NCBI GenBank assembly: GCA_017434585.1
Contig: JAFRFA010000134.1
Span: 1 to 55,721, forward strand
Direction of reading: 5' to 3'
DNA length: 55,721 nucleotides
DNA from: Mogibacterium sp.
Lineage (GTDB): Bacteria > Bacillota > Clostridia > Peptostreptococcales > Anaerovoracaceae
This document shows positions 17,428 to 26,697 of this stretch, in pieces; position 1 is the stretch's first letter, and each line of letters begins with the position of its first letter. The position numbers and the translations under genes were made by a program. The notes under the pieces are model-generated. The model worked only from the letters and a program-made list of their open reading frames with translations. It made no database searches and was not told the DNA's origin.

Positions 17428-19629
17428 TCAGTGCGGCCTGTATACTCTCGTAACTCCTTCGACCTGCCTGAGGCCGGTAAGAAGTCTCTGTATCTGATGC
17501 ATATCGGTTATCTCGACAGTCAGAAGAGTGTTCGTCGTTCCTGGCTCGCCCGGCGTGAGGTTGAGTCCCACTACTTCTATGTCGTTGTCATCACACACTT
17601 TCGAAAGATCTTTGAAAAGCCCTTTTCGCTCTTCGGATACGACCTGTATATCTGCGAAGTACTTGCGGCTGTCGCTCGGTGTATCCCATTCGACCTCCAT
17701 CAGTCTTCCCTTGTCTTCGTCCCTGATGTTCAGCACGTTCGGGCAGTCCGTCCTGTGTACGGTAAGCCCCTTGCCTTTGGATACGTAACCGACAATCCTG
17801 TCTCCCGGTATCGGGTTGCAGCATGTGGCCCTTCTGATGAGCAGGTTGTCTGCCCCCTTTACGACCACTCCGGAGTCGGATGTCACCGCATGCTTTGTGA
17901 CCGAGCGCTTTTTTACCTCGATCGTTTCTTTTTCTTCTTCTTTGATCTTGTTGTCGGCTTCGTAGTACTCGATGAGCTTCTGCCCGAGTTTGGAGACAGT
18001 GCTGCCGCCTCTTGATATCTGGAGGAAAAGCTCGTTGACGTTCGAGCAGTTGAAGTCCTTAACAGCTTTGAGTATGTATGCGTTCTTCGTGACTGACGCC
18101 GGATCGTATCCCTTTTTCTTTATGTAATTGTTTATATTGGTGCGGCCCTTTGTGACATCGCTGTCCTTATCGGCCTTTCTGAGCCAGTTCCTGATCTTGT
18201 TGCGGGCTCCCGAGGTCTTGCACTTCTTGAGCCATTCAACACTCGGACCGGATGAGTTCGCGGAAGTCACGATCTCGACAATGTCGCCGTTCTGCAGAGG
18301 ATGGTCGATGGTGACCATCCTGCCGTTCACCTTGGCTCCTACGCATCTGATGCCGACATCGGTATGGATCTTGAAGGCGAAGTCGAGAGGCGTGCTTTCA
18401 GCCGGCAGTTCCATGACATCACCCTGAGGCGTGAATACGAATACCTGATTGTTGAAGAGATCGACTTTGACGGTCTCGAGAAACTCGACGGAGTCGTCGG
18501 CCTCTGTCTGAAGCTCGAGAGCCTGTCTGAGCCACGCGAGCTTCTGGTCGCTCTCATCCTCGTCACCGGATATCTTGCCTTCTTTGTATTTCCAGTGCGC
18601 AGCGATACCGTATTCGGCGATCCTGTGCATCTCGTATGTCCTGATCTGCACCTCGAAAGGCTCTCCGTTATCACCTAGCACGGTCGTATGTATCGACTGA
18701 TACATATTCGGTTTCGGCATCGCGATATAGTCCTTGAACCTTCCGGGTATAGGCTTCCACCTGTTGTGGACCAGCCCCAGGGCTGCATAGCAGTCCTTTA
18801 CGCTGCCCACAAGTATCCTGACAGCCAGCAGGTCGAATATCTCATCGATCTGCTTGTTCTGGACCTTCATCTTTCGGTAGATGCTGTACAGGTGTTTGGA
18901 GCGACCCTTCACATCATGCTGGATGCCTGAATCCTCGAGCAGCTGGGAGATCTCGTCCGTGAGGGATTCGAGATTCTTCTCGTAGACTTTTTTCTGCTTT
19001 GCCACAGCATCGGAGAGCTTTTTGAACTCGGTAGGATACAGGTATTTGAGAGCCAGATCCTCGAGTTCGAATTTGATACTGAATATCCCGAGCCTGCCGG
19101 CAAGAGGAGCGTATATCTCGAGGGTCTCCATAGCCTTTGAAGTCCTCTTCTCTGTAGGCATGTACTCAAGCGTCCTCATATTATGCAGCCTGTCGGCAAG
19201 CTTGATTATGAGCACCCTTATGTCCTTGGACATCGCCAGGAACATCTTTCTGAAGTTTTCTGCCTGAGCGGCTTCTGTGGAATCGTAAGAGATGTTGCCG
19301 AGTTTTGTGACACCGTCGACAAGATCGGCGATCTTGTCATCGAAGTCTTCTACAAGCTGTTCCCTCGAATAATCCGTGTCTTCCACCACATCGTGAAGGA
19401 GTCCTGCTATGACCGTCTCGTTGTCCATGCCGAAGCCGGCAAGTATCTTTGCAACAGCAACCGGGTGGATGATATACGGCTCTCCACTTTTACGAAATTG
19501 CCCGTCATGTAAACTGCGGGCAATCTCGTATGCTTTGATAACGACCGAGTCATCGTACTTAGGATTGATCTCGCTCATATCATGTATGAACTTTTCCGTA
19601 GAAAGGTCGAGGACCTTCTTTGCTGCCAT
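17428..19629 (-). CDS. relA: bifunctional (p)ppGpp synthetase/hydrolase RelA/SpoT (Rel)
   Basis: The 733-aa ORF has an HD hydrolase domain (HPVAVA...LLHDVVEDT), a synthetase domain (RSKHLYSIYRKM, YQSIHT, EVQIRT) and TGS and ACT domains. Confidence 0.95.
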   Translation of the reverse strand: MAAKKVLDLSTEKFIHDMSEINPKYDDSVVIKAYEIARSLHDGQFRKSGEPYIIHPVAVAKILAGFGMDNETVIAGLLHDVVEDTDYSREQLVEDFDDKIADLVDGVTKLGNISYDSTEAAQAENFRKMFLAMSKDIRVLIIKLADRLHNMRTLEYMPTEKRTSKAMETLEIYAPLAGRLGIFSIKFELEDLALKYLYPTEFKKLSDAVAKQKKVYEKNLESLTDEISQLLEDSGIQHDVKGRSKHLYSIYRKMKVQNKQIDEIFDLLAVRILVGSVKDCYAALGLVHNRWKPIPGRFKDYIAMPKPNMYQSIHTTVLGDNGEPFEVQIRTYEMHRIAEYGIAAHWKYKEGKISGDEDESDQKLAWLRQALELQTEADDSVEFLETVKVDLFNNQVFVFTPQGDVMELPAESTPLDFAFKIHTDVGIRCVGAKVNGRMVTIDHPLQNGDIVEIVTSANSSGPSVEWLKKCKTSGARNKIRNWLRKADKDSDVTKGRTNINNYIKKKGYDPASVTKNAYILKAVKDFNCSNVNELFLQISRGGSTVSKLGQKLIEYYEADNKIKEEEKETIEVKKRSVTKHAVTSDSGVVVKGADNLLIRRATCCNPIPGDRIVGYVSKGKGLTVHRTDCPNVLNIRDEDKGRLMEVEWDTPSDSRKYFADIQVVSEERKGLFKDLSKVCDDNDIEVVGLNLTPGEPGTTNTLLTVEITDMHQIQRLLTGLRQVEGVTRVYRPH

Positions 19630-19658
19630 CCCGTCTCCTTCGGTCTTTAATGATATCT

Positions 19659-21932
19659 TCAGAGTCTGATGCCTTCGTCTTCTCTCCTTCTGGCACCTTT
19701 CTTTCTGGCCTTTTCGGCCTTCTGCCTGTTATCCTCGTATTTCGATATTCCCTCTTTTTTGGTCAGCTCGTAGAATACCGGGCTGCAGAGGAATATGGAT
19801 GAATATGTACCAACGAATACGCCTATCATCAGAGGTATGAGGAATCCCCTGAGTTCAGAGCTTGCCATGATGAAGAGCGGCACCATTACCAGGAACGTCG
19901 TCAGCGAGGTCATGAGCGATCTCGAGAGAGTCTGGTTGATACTGTCATCGATGAGCTGTACGCCCTGTTTGCGCTTGTAGAACTTACTGTTCTCTCTTAT
20001 ACGGTCAAATACGACTATAGTGTCATTGATCGAATAACCTACGACCGTGAGGATACCGGCGATGAACGGGTTGTTTATCGTGATCCGGAATATGGCGTAG
20101 ATGGCGAGAGTGACCATTACATCGTGCGCGAGTCCCGCAACGGCAGCAAGTCCGTATCTCCAGTCCTTGAACCTGAATCTGATATATATGAGCATGCAGA
20201 CGGCTGCGATGAGTATGGACTTGATAGCGTTGCGCCTCAGGTCTTTTCCGACCGTAGGGCCGAATTCCTCGGATGCGAGAACGGCTTCATCGTTCAGGCC
20301 GTATTTCTTCTCTATCGTGTTTATTACCTCTGTCCTTTCAGCAGACTTGATGTCCTTTATAGTCCTTATGACTATCTGTGTGCTGCCTTCTCCGGCATAG
20401 ACGATAGTCGGGTCCAGATCGTACGAAGAGATGCAGTCCTTGACTTCGTCGATGTCCACTTTCTCTCCCATCTCGATCTGCATCATCGTACCGCCGGTAA
20501 AGTCGATGCCGTAGTTGAATCCTTTGATCAGTCCGAAGCCGAGTCCGATGATGATAACTATCGCGCTGATCGCGTAGAACTTCTTCCTGTTTTCGATGAA
20601 CTTTATGTTCCATTTCCAGGAGACCTTCGGAGTGCCGTCATCCTTTACGCCGAAGAATCTGTTCTTTCCGAACGTTTTGCTTTCGGCAAGAAGGTTCACG
20701 AACAGCTGAGTGATGAATACAGCCGTGATGACTGACATCACAGTACCGATCATCAGAGTCAGAGCGAAGCCCTTGACTGAAGTGGTTCCGAAGAGGTACA
20801 GCACGAATGCCGCAACGAGTGTCGTCGTCTGTGAATCGACTACCGTAGTCAGCGCGGCGTGATAACCCATGTCGACGGCTACCTTGACCGATTTTCCCTT
20901 GGAGATCTCTTCTCTGATACGCGTGAATATGATGACATTGGAGTCAACTGCCATACCTATCGAAAGTATGATGCCCGCGATACCCGGAAGAGTCAGTACG
21001 GATCCCATGCCGGCCATTGTCCAGAGCACGAGCTGTATGTAAAGAAGCAGCGCAAGGTCTGCAATGAGGCCGAGCATGCCGTATACGATGACCATGAGCA
21101 CGAGAACGAGCCCCAGGCCGATAGTCCCGGCTTTGACTGAGAGCTGGAGGGCGTTTGCGCCGATAGTAGCAGTCTGTACCGAAGAGTTGATCTCGGTGAG
21201 GTTAGCAGGAAGCGCACCGCCTCTGATCAGAGCAGAGAGCGATGAAGCTTCAGTCTCGCTGAACCCTCCCGGTCTTGTGATCTCGCACGATCTCGAATTG
21301 ATCTTTTCGTGCACGGTCGGTGCGGATATGATCTCGTCGTCGAGGCATATCACTATGGCCGCAGGGTCTACCAGATTGCCGTTCTCATCTGTCATCTTGG
21401 CCTCGACCTGCCCGCTGTAGGCCTTTTCAGTGGCATCCGCGAAAAGGTCGCTGCCCTCGGATGTAAAATCTATCGTGATCTTGTATCCGCCGTTCTGAGT
21501 GTCATTGGCTATCTGTGAATCGCTGATCCCTTCGCCAGTCAGGGCAAGTGTCCCGTCAGCAAGGAAGAACTGCAGCTGGGCAGTACGTCCTATCTGCTCG
21601 ATCGCCTCCTCGGCATTCTCGACGCCAGGCATCTCGACCCTGAGTCTGTTGTTTCCTTCGATGGAGACCTGGGCCTCGCTGATACCCATGGCGTTGACTC
21701 TGTTTTCGAGAACGCTCTTTGTCTGATTCATGATCGCTGTCAGCTCTGTGCCCGTCTCAGGCGTATCTGCCTCGAGCAGTACATAGACTCCGCCGTTGAT
21801 ATCGAGTCCGTACTTGAGTTCCTTGCCGAGGTTGTCTACTTTATCGCCTATTCCGGTGAACGTTACAGTCCACGAAGCGATGAGCAGCAGCACGATCAAT
21901 ACCGCTAATACTTTTCTTCTGCCTTTTTTCAT
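19659..21932 (-). CDS. secDF: fused protein translocase subunit SecDF
   Basis: The 757-aa ORF has a SecD periplasmic domain and two six-helix bundles. The motifs are LGLDINGGVY, TLPGIAGIILSIGMAVDSNVIIFTRI and GYSINDTIVVFDRIRE. Confidence 0.9.
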   Translation of the reverse strand: MKKGRRKVLAVLIVLLLIASWTVTFTGIGDKVDNLGKELKYGLDINGGVYVLLEADTPETGTELTAIMNQTKSVLENRVNAMGISEAQVSIEGNNRLRVEMPGVENAEEAIEQIGRTAQLQFFLADGTLALTGEGISDSQIANDTQNGGYKITIDFTSEGSDLFADATEKAYSGQVEAKMTDENGNLVDPAAIVICLDDEIISAPTVHEKINSRSCEITRPGGFSETEASSLSALIRGGALPANLTEINSSVQTATIGANALQLSVKAGTIGLGLVLVLMVIVYGMLGLIADLALLLYIQLVLWTMAGMGSVLTLPGIAGIILSIGMAVDSNVIIFTRIREEISKGKSVKVAVDMGYHAALTTVVDSQTTTLVAAFVLYLFGTTSVKGFALTLMIGTVMSVITAVFITQLFVNLLAESKTFGKNRFFGVKDDGTPKVSWKWNIKFIENRKKFYAISAIVIIIGLGFGLIKGFNYGIDFTGGTMMQIEMGEKVDIDEVKDCISSYDLDPTIVYAGEGSTQIVIRTIKDIKSAERTEVINTIEKKYGLNDEAVLASEEFGPTVGKDLRRNAIKSILIAAVCMLIYIRFRFKDWRYGLAAVAGLAHDVMVTLAIYAIFRITINNPFIAGILTVVGYSINDTIVVFDRIRENSKFYKRKQGVQLIDDSINQTLSRSLMTSLTTFLVMVPLFIMASSELRGFLIPLMIGVFVGTYSSIFLCSPVFYELTKKEGISKYEDNRQKAEKARKKGARRREDEGIRL

Positions 21933-22097
21933 TTCCCTAAAACACCTTTCAGTTTTTGTCTGAATTTGTCAAAAAGCGCAAAATACGACAATTAACAATT
22001 ATTCAATCTATTGTACTCGTTTGAGCCTTGTTTTTCAATGGAATTCGCTGTCTGAAAGCACTGTGAAATGTACTAATTTGAATACTTCCGTGAAGTA

Positions 22098-22125
22098 ATG
22101 CGCCCCCGTTCAAAACAGGGGCGCA
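22098..22125 (-). terminator. putative transcription terminator hairpin downstream of the HD-GYP gene
   Basis: A 9-bp GC-rich stem forms between ATGCGCCCC (22098-22106) and GGGGCGCAT (22117-22125), with a 10-nt loop. It lies 33 nt after the stop. The U-tract is poor, so this is only a moderate call. It is flanked by a second inverted repeat, CTTCCGTGA / TCACGGAAG. Confidence 0.45.
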
Positions 22126-22157
22126 TGCAGATGTACCGTCATCAGTCACGGAAGCTT

Positions 22158-25100
22158 CTATTCAGTCACTTCTTCGTCTTTTACCTTCTCCATCTTGCTC
22201 TTTTTCTCTTCTTCGTCCTGACGCTTGTGGATGTTGTTTATATCCTCGGTGCTGCCTCCTCCGCGGTCGTCCTTTGCGCGGAGCCGGCCTTTTTCGGCAA
22301 GCCTCAGCAGAGCTTCGACGACATCGGTTTCAAGCTGGGTGCCGGAGACTTCTCTCATGATCTCCATCACTTTGTCGAAGTTCATCCTGCGTCTGTACGG
22401 GCGGTCGGAATACATAGCATCGAAGGTATCCGCAACGGCGATGATCTGGGCAACGCGAGGGATATCATCTCCCTTGAGTCCCTTAGGATAGCCCTTTCCG
22501 TCAGGTCTTTCGTGGTGGCTTCCGGCGCCTATAGCCAGTTCAGGCATGATGCTGATGTCCTTGAGAACGTTGTAGCCCAGGCCTGAATGCGACTTGATTA
22601 TCGCGAATTCCTCGTCAGTCAGCTTGCCCGGCTTGTTCAGGACTTCTTCAGGGATGCCTATCTTGCCTATGTCATGCAGTAGAGCTATGTTGTAGTACTT
22701 CTCTATCTCATCCTCGCTGCAGCCTAGTTCTTCTGCGAGCATCGCAGTATAATTGGCGACCCTCATCGAGTGGCCGTTGGTGTACTTGTCTTTCATATCG
22801 ATCGTCTTCGCAAAGGCCTCGGTGACTTCCTTTACGAGCTGCTTGTTCTCTTTTTCTTTCTTTTCGTAGGCCCTTGCCTGACGCATCATGAAGAGCTTTA
22901 CGATAGAAGCTATGATGCCGGCAATAACGGCGGCGACCAGTACATAGAACCACGGCTTTTCGTAGAACGCTTTCGATATGATGATCCGGGTTTTGTATTC
23001 TGCGGTATCGTGTCCCATCGAGTCCGAAAGATCTATCACAAAGCTGTAAGTGCCGCCCTTCAGGTTCGTATAGTCAGTCGGAACCAGATCGCTCCTCTTG
23101 ACCGTGGATTTGCTCTTGTCGAATCCTCTGAGATAATATGTCACATCAGGATTTATAAGAGAGTATGTGAACACATAAGGGTAAACCGTCAGCTTTGACG
23201 GGTGCTTCGGTACTGTTATCACGCCTTTCGCGTCCGGATAATAGAACTTTCCGTCTGCCTCTACGTACGGCACAGCGACCTTTGTGCTTGCAACGTCATC
23301 AAAATCCAGATTGATATTGACCTTGCTCACTCCGGTGTTGCCGGCGATATACAGATCCCCGTCCTTTGTGAGCTCGCTGTATGAATTAGCCGTCGCTATG
23401 CACGAAAGACCGTTGTCGGTATCGTAGAACAATGGGCTTATCTCTTTGTTTTCAAGCATCTCGGACGTCGGCACCTGGTATATGCCGTTGCTGGAGAGCA
23501 CCCACATCTCGTCCCTGCTGTTCTGGTAAAGGTCGAAGTTGTTCGAGTACGGGAACTTATGTATGTTCACCACTTTGTTGTCTTTATCCAGATAAGCGAT
23601 GGAATTGCTTGTTACCAGCCACAGTATATCTCTCGACCTGTCCTTCTTGACGCGCATTACCACGTCCGAGGTAAGACCGTCTTCCGTTCCGATATGCAGA
23701 GTCTTTCCGTCATGGATGATATACAGACCGTCTCCGTCCGATCCGAAGACCAGGTCTCCGTTGTCCGCCTCGGCAACGGTCAGTATCTCGGTATTTGCGA
23801 GTCCGTCCTTATCGTTATAGACCTTTTTGACGCTGTCGCCTTCTATCACGGCAACTCCGCCCGTACAGGCCACAAGGATCCGGCCGTCTTTTGTTTCGGA
23901 TACGCTTCTTATCCGCTCAGAAGGCAGACCGTCTCCGGTCGTGAATCTCCTGATCGCTCCGTCACTGTATCTGACAAGACATTCCGGGCTGAAAGTAGAT
24001 ATCCAGATGTTGTTTTTGCTGTCTTTTTCGATACTCCTGATCCTGGCTTCGGAGAGCATGGCCGACAGTTCGTTGTTTACCCTCTCGCCCGTGCTTTCGT
24101 CGATTATTATGAGGCCGGCGTCAGTGCCGATGTACAGCTGGCTGAGATGTTTGCACGTCGTATTGACTACGGCCGGTTCAAGTCCGTATTTCTCAAAGAT
24201 ATCAAGGAATCTGTTCCTGACGATCTTCATCACACCCTGCCTTGATGATGTAAACCAGAGATTTCCCTGGTAATCGGTCATCATCTCGTCGATCGAGTGA
24301 GACATCGGCAGATCTTCAAGAGTATATGCCTTGCCTCCCCTGATGATGCCTATGCCGGAATCGGTCGTGACCCATACCTGATCATCAATAGGCGTTATGC
24401 TCTTGCAGTATGAGAGCGGAGCCATGTCCACAGAAGTCTTGTCGTTCAGTTTTTCCGACAGGGTGCCGTGATATACCGTAGATTCCTCAGTGCCGATATA
24501 TACCATGCCGGGATCATTGTCATCCGGCGTGATGCATGTGGCATCTGAGATCCCGAGATCATCCGCCGTGTAGTATTCGTCCAGCCTGCCGTCTTTAAGC
24601 GTGAATACTTCGTTGTTGTTCGTATTGCAGTAAAGCGTTCCGTCGCTGCCGGCATTTATCTCCCATACATAGGCATCTGCTATCTTTTCATCTTTGATGG
24701 CGGTCAGCTTCAGATCGCTGTCGAGCACGGATATGCCCTTCGTCGTTGCTATATATATGTTTCCGTCCTTATCCTCTGAGAATGCCCGTACAGAAAGCGA
24801 CCTCAGCCCGTCTTCTTTATTGAACTGAGTATATTCGCCCTTATCCATCACAAAGGCTCCGCTGTCGTTCGTGCCGATCCACAGCCTGTCTTTGCTGTCG
24901 ACATACAGACTGACGACGCTTGCGATACCTGTTGTGGAATCGATCCTTTCGAAGGAATTGCCGTCATACCTGATCAGTCCGCCGTAGCTCCCTATCCATA
25001 TGAATCCCTCTGAAGTCTCAGCGATCGCGTTAGCTTCGGAGGTAGGAAGTCCTTTTGTATTATCGTAAAGGACGGCGGAAAAGCCTTCCTTCTGTCCCGT

Positions 25101-25211
25101 AACATCGACATTTACAGAACTGTCTTCGCCCGACACGACAAGCGCCATGCCTGATATCATGGCTGCGGTCATCAGTATGATGATTATTTGCTTTATCCCG
25201 GTTTTTGACAT
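22158..25211 (-). CDS. membrane-anchored sensor: extracellular double beta-propeller (Reg_prop repeats) + Y_Y_Y domain, TM helix, cytoplasmic HD-GYP domain
   Basis: The 1017-aa ORF has an N-terminal signal/anchor (IIIILMTAAMISGMALVV). About 14 repeats of the xLWIGTxxGl type follow. A TM helix sits at about aa 754-776 (WFYVLVAAVIAGIIASIVKLFMM). Then come HDIGKIG (aa 846) and HHERPDGKGYP, an intact HD-GYP signature. Confidence 0.85.
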   Translation of the reverse strand: MSKTGIKQIIIILMTAAMISGMALVVSGEDSSVNVDVTGQKEGFSAVLYDNTKGLPTSEANAIAETSEGFIWIGSYGGLIRYDGNSFERIDSTTGIASVVSLYVDSKDRLWIGTNDSGAFVMDKGEYTQFNKEDGLRSLSVRAFSEDKDGNIYIATTKGISVLDSDLKLTAIKDEKIADAYVWEINAGSDGTLYCNTNNNEVFTLKDGRLDEYYTADDLGISDATCITPDDNDPGMVYIGTEESTVYHGTLSEKLNDKTSVDMAPLSYCKSITPIDDQVWVTTDSGIGIIRGGKAYTLEDLPMSHSIDEMMTDYQGNLWFTSSRQGVMKIVRNRFLDIFEKYGLEPAVVNTTCKHLSQLYIGTDAGLIIIDESTGERVNNELSAMLSEARIRSIEKDSKNNIWISTFSPECLVRYSDGAIRRFTTGDGLPSERIRSVSETKDGRILVACTGGVAVIEGDSVKKVYNDKDGLANTEILTVAEADNGDLVFGSDGDGLYIIHDGKTLHIGTEDGLTSDVVMRVKKDRSRDILWLVTSNSIAYLDKDNKVVNIHKFPYSNNFDLYQNSRDEMWVLSSNGIYQVPTSEMLENKEISPLFYDTDNGLSCIATANSYSELTKDGDLYIAGNTGVSKVNINLDFDDVASTKVAVPYVEADGKFYYPDAKGVITVPKHPSKLTVYPYVFTYSLINPDVTYYLRGFDKSKSTVKRSDLVPTDYTNLKGGTYSFVIDLSDSMGHDTAEYKTRIIISKAFYEKPWFYVLVAAVIAGIIASIVKLFMMRQARAYEKKEKENKQLVKEVTEAFAKTIDMKDKYTNGHSMRVANYTAMLAEELGCSEDEIEKYYNIALLHDIGKIGIPEEVLNKPGKLTDEEFAIIKSHSGLGYNVLKDISIMPELAIGAGSHHERPDGKGYPKGLKGDDIPRVAQIIAVADTFDAMYSDRPYRRRMNFDKVMEIMREVSGTQLETDVVEALLRLAEKGRLRAKDDRGGGSTEDINNIHKRQDEEEKKSKMEKVKDEEVTE

Positions 25212-25305
25212 TTATGTACCCTTTTTTCAGAACCTGATAATATTCTGACGGTTTATTTTAACACAGACGGGCAATATATAGTAGTCATTATGCAATAAAT
25301 GATAA

Positions 25306-25334
25306 ATACGCCCCCACATTTTGTGGAGGCGTAT
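25306..25334 (-). terminator. intrinsic terminator after yajC
   Basis: ATACGCCCCCACA (25306-25318) pairs with TGTGGAGGCGTAT (25322-25334) at 12 of 13 positions, with a 3-nt loop. On the minus strand it is followed by TTATCATTTATT. It lies 30 nt downstream of the yajC stop. Confidence 0.6.
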
Positions 25335-25364
25335 CATGATTTTCGCTTTTATTAGATGATCGTG

Positions 25365-25772
25365 TTATTTCTCTTCGTTCTCTTCGGACTTCTTGCCGAG
25401 CTTTTTAGGAGTGACCTTTTTGTCTCTCGAAGGAGCCTTCTTCTCTTCGGTCTCTTCCTTCTTCGCGTCGTCCTTGGCTGCAGGCTTGCTTCCGGATGCA
25501 TCCTTAGGACTTACGCTTGCGATAGCAGTCTTGAGGAACTCGATCTTGTTCTTGCCGGCTGTCGTAGAGATAACGACGGTCTTTTCGTTGATCTTTTCGA
25601 TCCTGCCGACGATGCCGCCGATAGTGATGGCCTCGTCGCCGACCTTCATCGCTTCTCTCATCTCTCTGTCGGCTTTATCTTTTTTTCTCTGAGGTCTGAT
25701 CATCATGAAGTAGATCATGACGATGAGCAGACCCATCAGCATAAAACTGAATGCAGGGCTGTTAGGATTCAT
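25365..25772 (-). CDS. yajC: preprotein translocase subunit YajC (with long Lys/Glu-rich C-terminal tail)
   Basis: The protein reads MNPNSPAFSFMLMGLLIVMIYFMMIRPQRKK...VGDEAITIGGIVGRIEKI, the YajC signature. The start is set at the ATG at 25772, preceded by GGAGGT. The longer track ORF (to 25847, GTG) runs into the tRNA gene. Confidence 0.85.
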   Translation of the reverse strand: MNPNSPAFSFMLMGLLIVMIYFMMIRPQRKKDKADREMREAMKVGDEAITIGGIVGRIEKINEKTVVISTTAGKNKIEFLKTAIASVSPKDASGSKPAAKDDAKKEETEEKKAPSRDKKVTPKKLGKKSEENEEK

Positions 25773-25803
25773 AATTACCTCCCGGATATGCTTGTGTTTT
25801 GTT

Positions 25804-25890
25804 TGGTGCCGGCGGTGGGGGTCGAACCCACACGATATTGCTATCACGGGATTTTGAATCCCGCGCGTCTGCCAATTCCGCCACGCCGGC
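25804..25890 (-). tRNA. tRNA-Leu (anticodon CAA)
   Basis: The reverse complement reads GCCGGCGTGGCGGAATTGGCAGACGCGCGGGATTCAAAATCCCGTGATAGCAATATCGTGTGGGTTCGACCCCCACCGCCGGCACCA. It has a 7-bp acceptor stem, anticodon loop TTCAAAA, a long variable arm, a GGTTCGA T-loop and an encoded CCA. Confidence 0.9.
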
Positions 25891-25913
25891 CAATGGCAAT
25901 TTGGCTAAAAAAA

Positions 25914-25998
25914 TGGTGTGGATGACTGGACTCGAACCAGCACGGTTTCACCCACATGGCCCTCAACCATGCGCGTCTACCAATTCCGCCACATCCAC
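25914..25998 (-). tRNA. tRNA-Leu (anticodon GAG)
   Basis: The reverse complement reads GTGGATGTGGCGGAATTGGTAGACGCGCATGGTTGAGGGCCATGTGGGTGAAACCGTGCTGGTTCGAGTCCAGTCATCCACACCA. It has the cloverleaf with anticodon loop TTGAGGG, a long variable arm and an encoded CCA. Confidence 0.9.
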
Positions 25999-26011
25999 AC
26001 GGCACTTCACG

Positions 26012-26040
26012 ATTATAGACACTTTTCACTGCAAATGCAA
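26012..26040 (-). promoter_or_regulatory. sigma-A type promoter for the tRNA-Leu/tRNA-Leu(/yajC) unit
   Basis: The minus strand reads TTGCAT, then a 17-nt spacer, then TATAAT. The -35 is at 26040-26035 and the -10 at 26017-26012. The -10 ends 13 nt upstream of the first tRNA nucleotide (25998). Confidence 0.55.
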
Positions 26041-26084
26041 GGCTGAAATGAAAGATTTTTTCTTTTTTTTCGGTTTTCCTGTTT

Positions 26085-26687
26085 TCAGACGGCCAGACCG
26101 TACGATGACAGCGCCTTTTCGACAGCGGTCTCAAGGTCTTCCATCGTACCGTTATTGTATATGACAAGGTCGGCCTTCGCCTTCTTTGCCTCATCGTCCT
26201 CCTGCGAGTCCATGATCAGATCTATCATGCCGGCATCGATGCCGTCCCGCTCCATTATCCTTGCGGCTCTCAGCGCATGATCGGCCGTAACGACCCATAC
26301 CGCGTCGTATTCGCCTTCCGTTCCCGTCTCAAAGAGAAGCGGGATATCGTAGAACAGAGCCTTTTCTCCTGCCTTTTCCTTCTGAGACCTTATAGCTTCT
26401 ATATCCTCGAGCACCACCCTGGTCGTGCCTTCTTCGAGAAGGGCCTTCTTTGCCGGGTCCCTGAAAACGAGGTCCCTCATCTTCGCCCTGTCCAGGCTGC
26501 CGTCTTCCATAATGAATCCGGGGCCGAATTTTTCCCTGATATAAGGGATGGCCCTGCCTCCTGATGAAGTAAGCTCCCTGGACATGGCATCAGCGTCTAT
26601 GACTGTATAGCCGCAGGATCTTAATATTTCGGTCACGCTCGTCTTGCCTGACCCTATGCCTCCGGTGATAGCTATGTTCAGCATCAT
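26085..26687 (-). CDS. coaE: dephospho-CoA kinase
   Basis: The 200-aa ORF has a P-loop (ITGGIGSGKTSV), then DADAMSRE and the conserved polA-coaE order. Confidence 0.9.
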   Translation of the reverse strand: MMLNIAITGGIGSGKTSVTEILRSCGYTVIDADAMSRELTSSGGRAIPYIREKFGPGFIMEDGSLDRAKMRDLVFRDPAKKALLEEGTTRVVLEDIEAIRSQKEKAGEKALFYDIPLLFETGTEGEYDAVWVVTADHALRAARIMERDGIDAGMIDLIMDSQEDDEAKKAKADLVIYNNGTMEDLETAVEKALSSYGLAV

Positions 26688-26697
26688 GATCTCCCTG

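Noticed and set aside
25773-26194. ORFs cover the tRNA region: the yajC extension to 25847 (GTG), 25799..26164 (+, 121 aa) and 25844..26194 (-, 116 aa).
   Set aside because: They overlap two clear tRNA-Leu cloverleaves and a promoter. Their sequences are not protein-like. yajC has a proper RBS and ATG at 25772.
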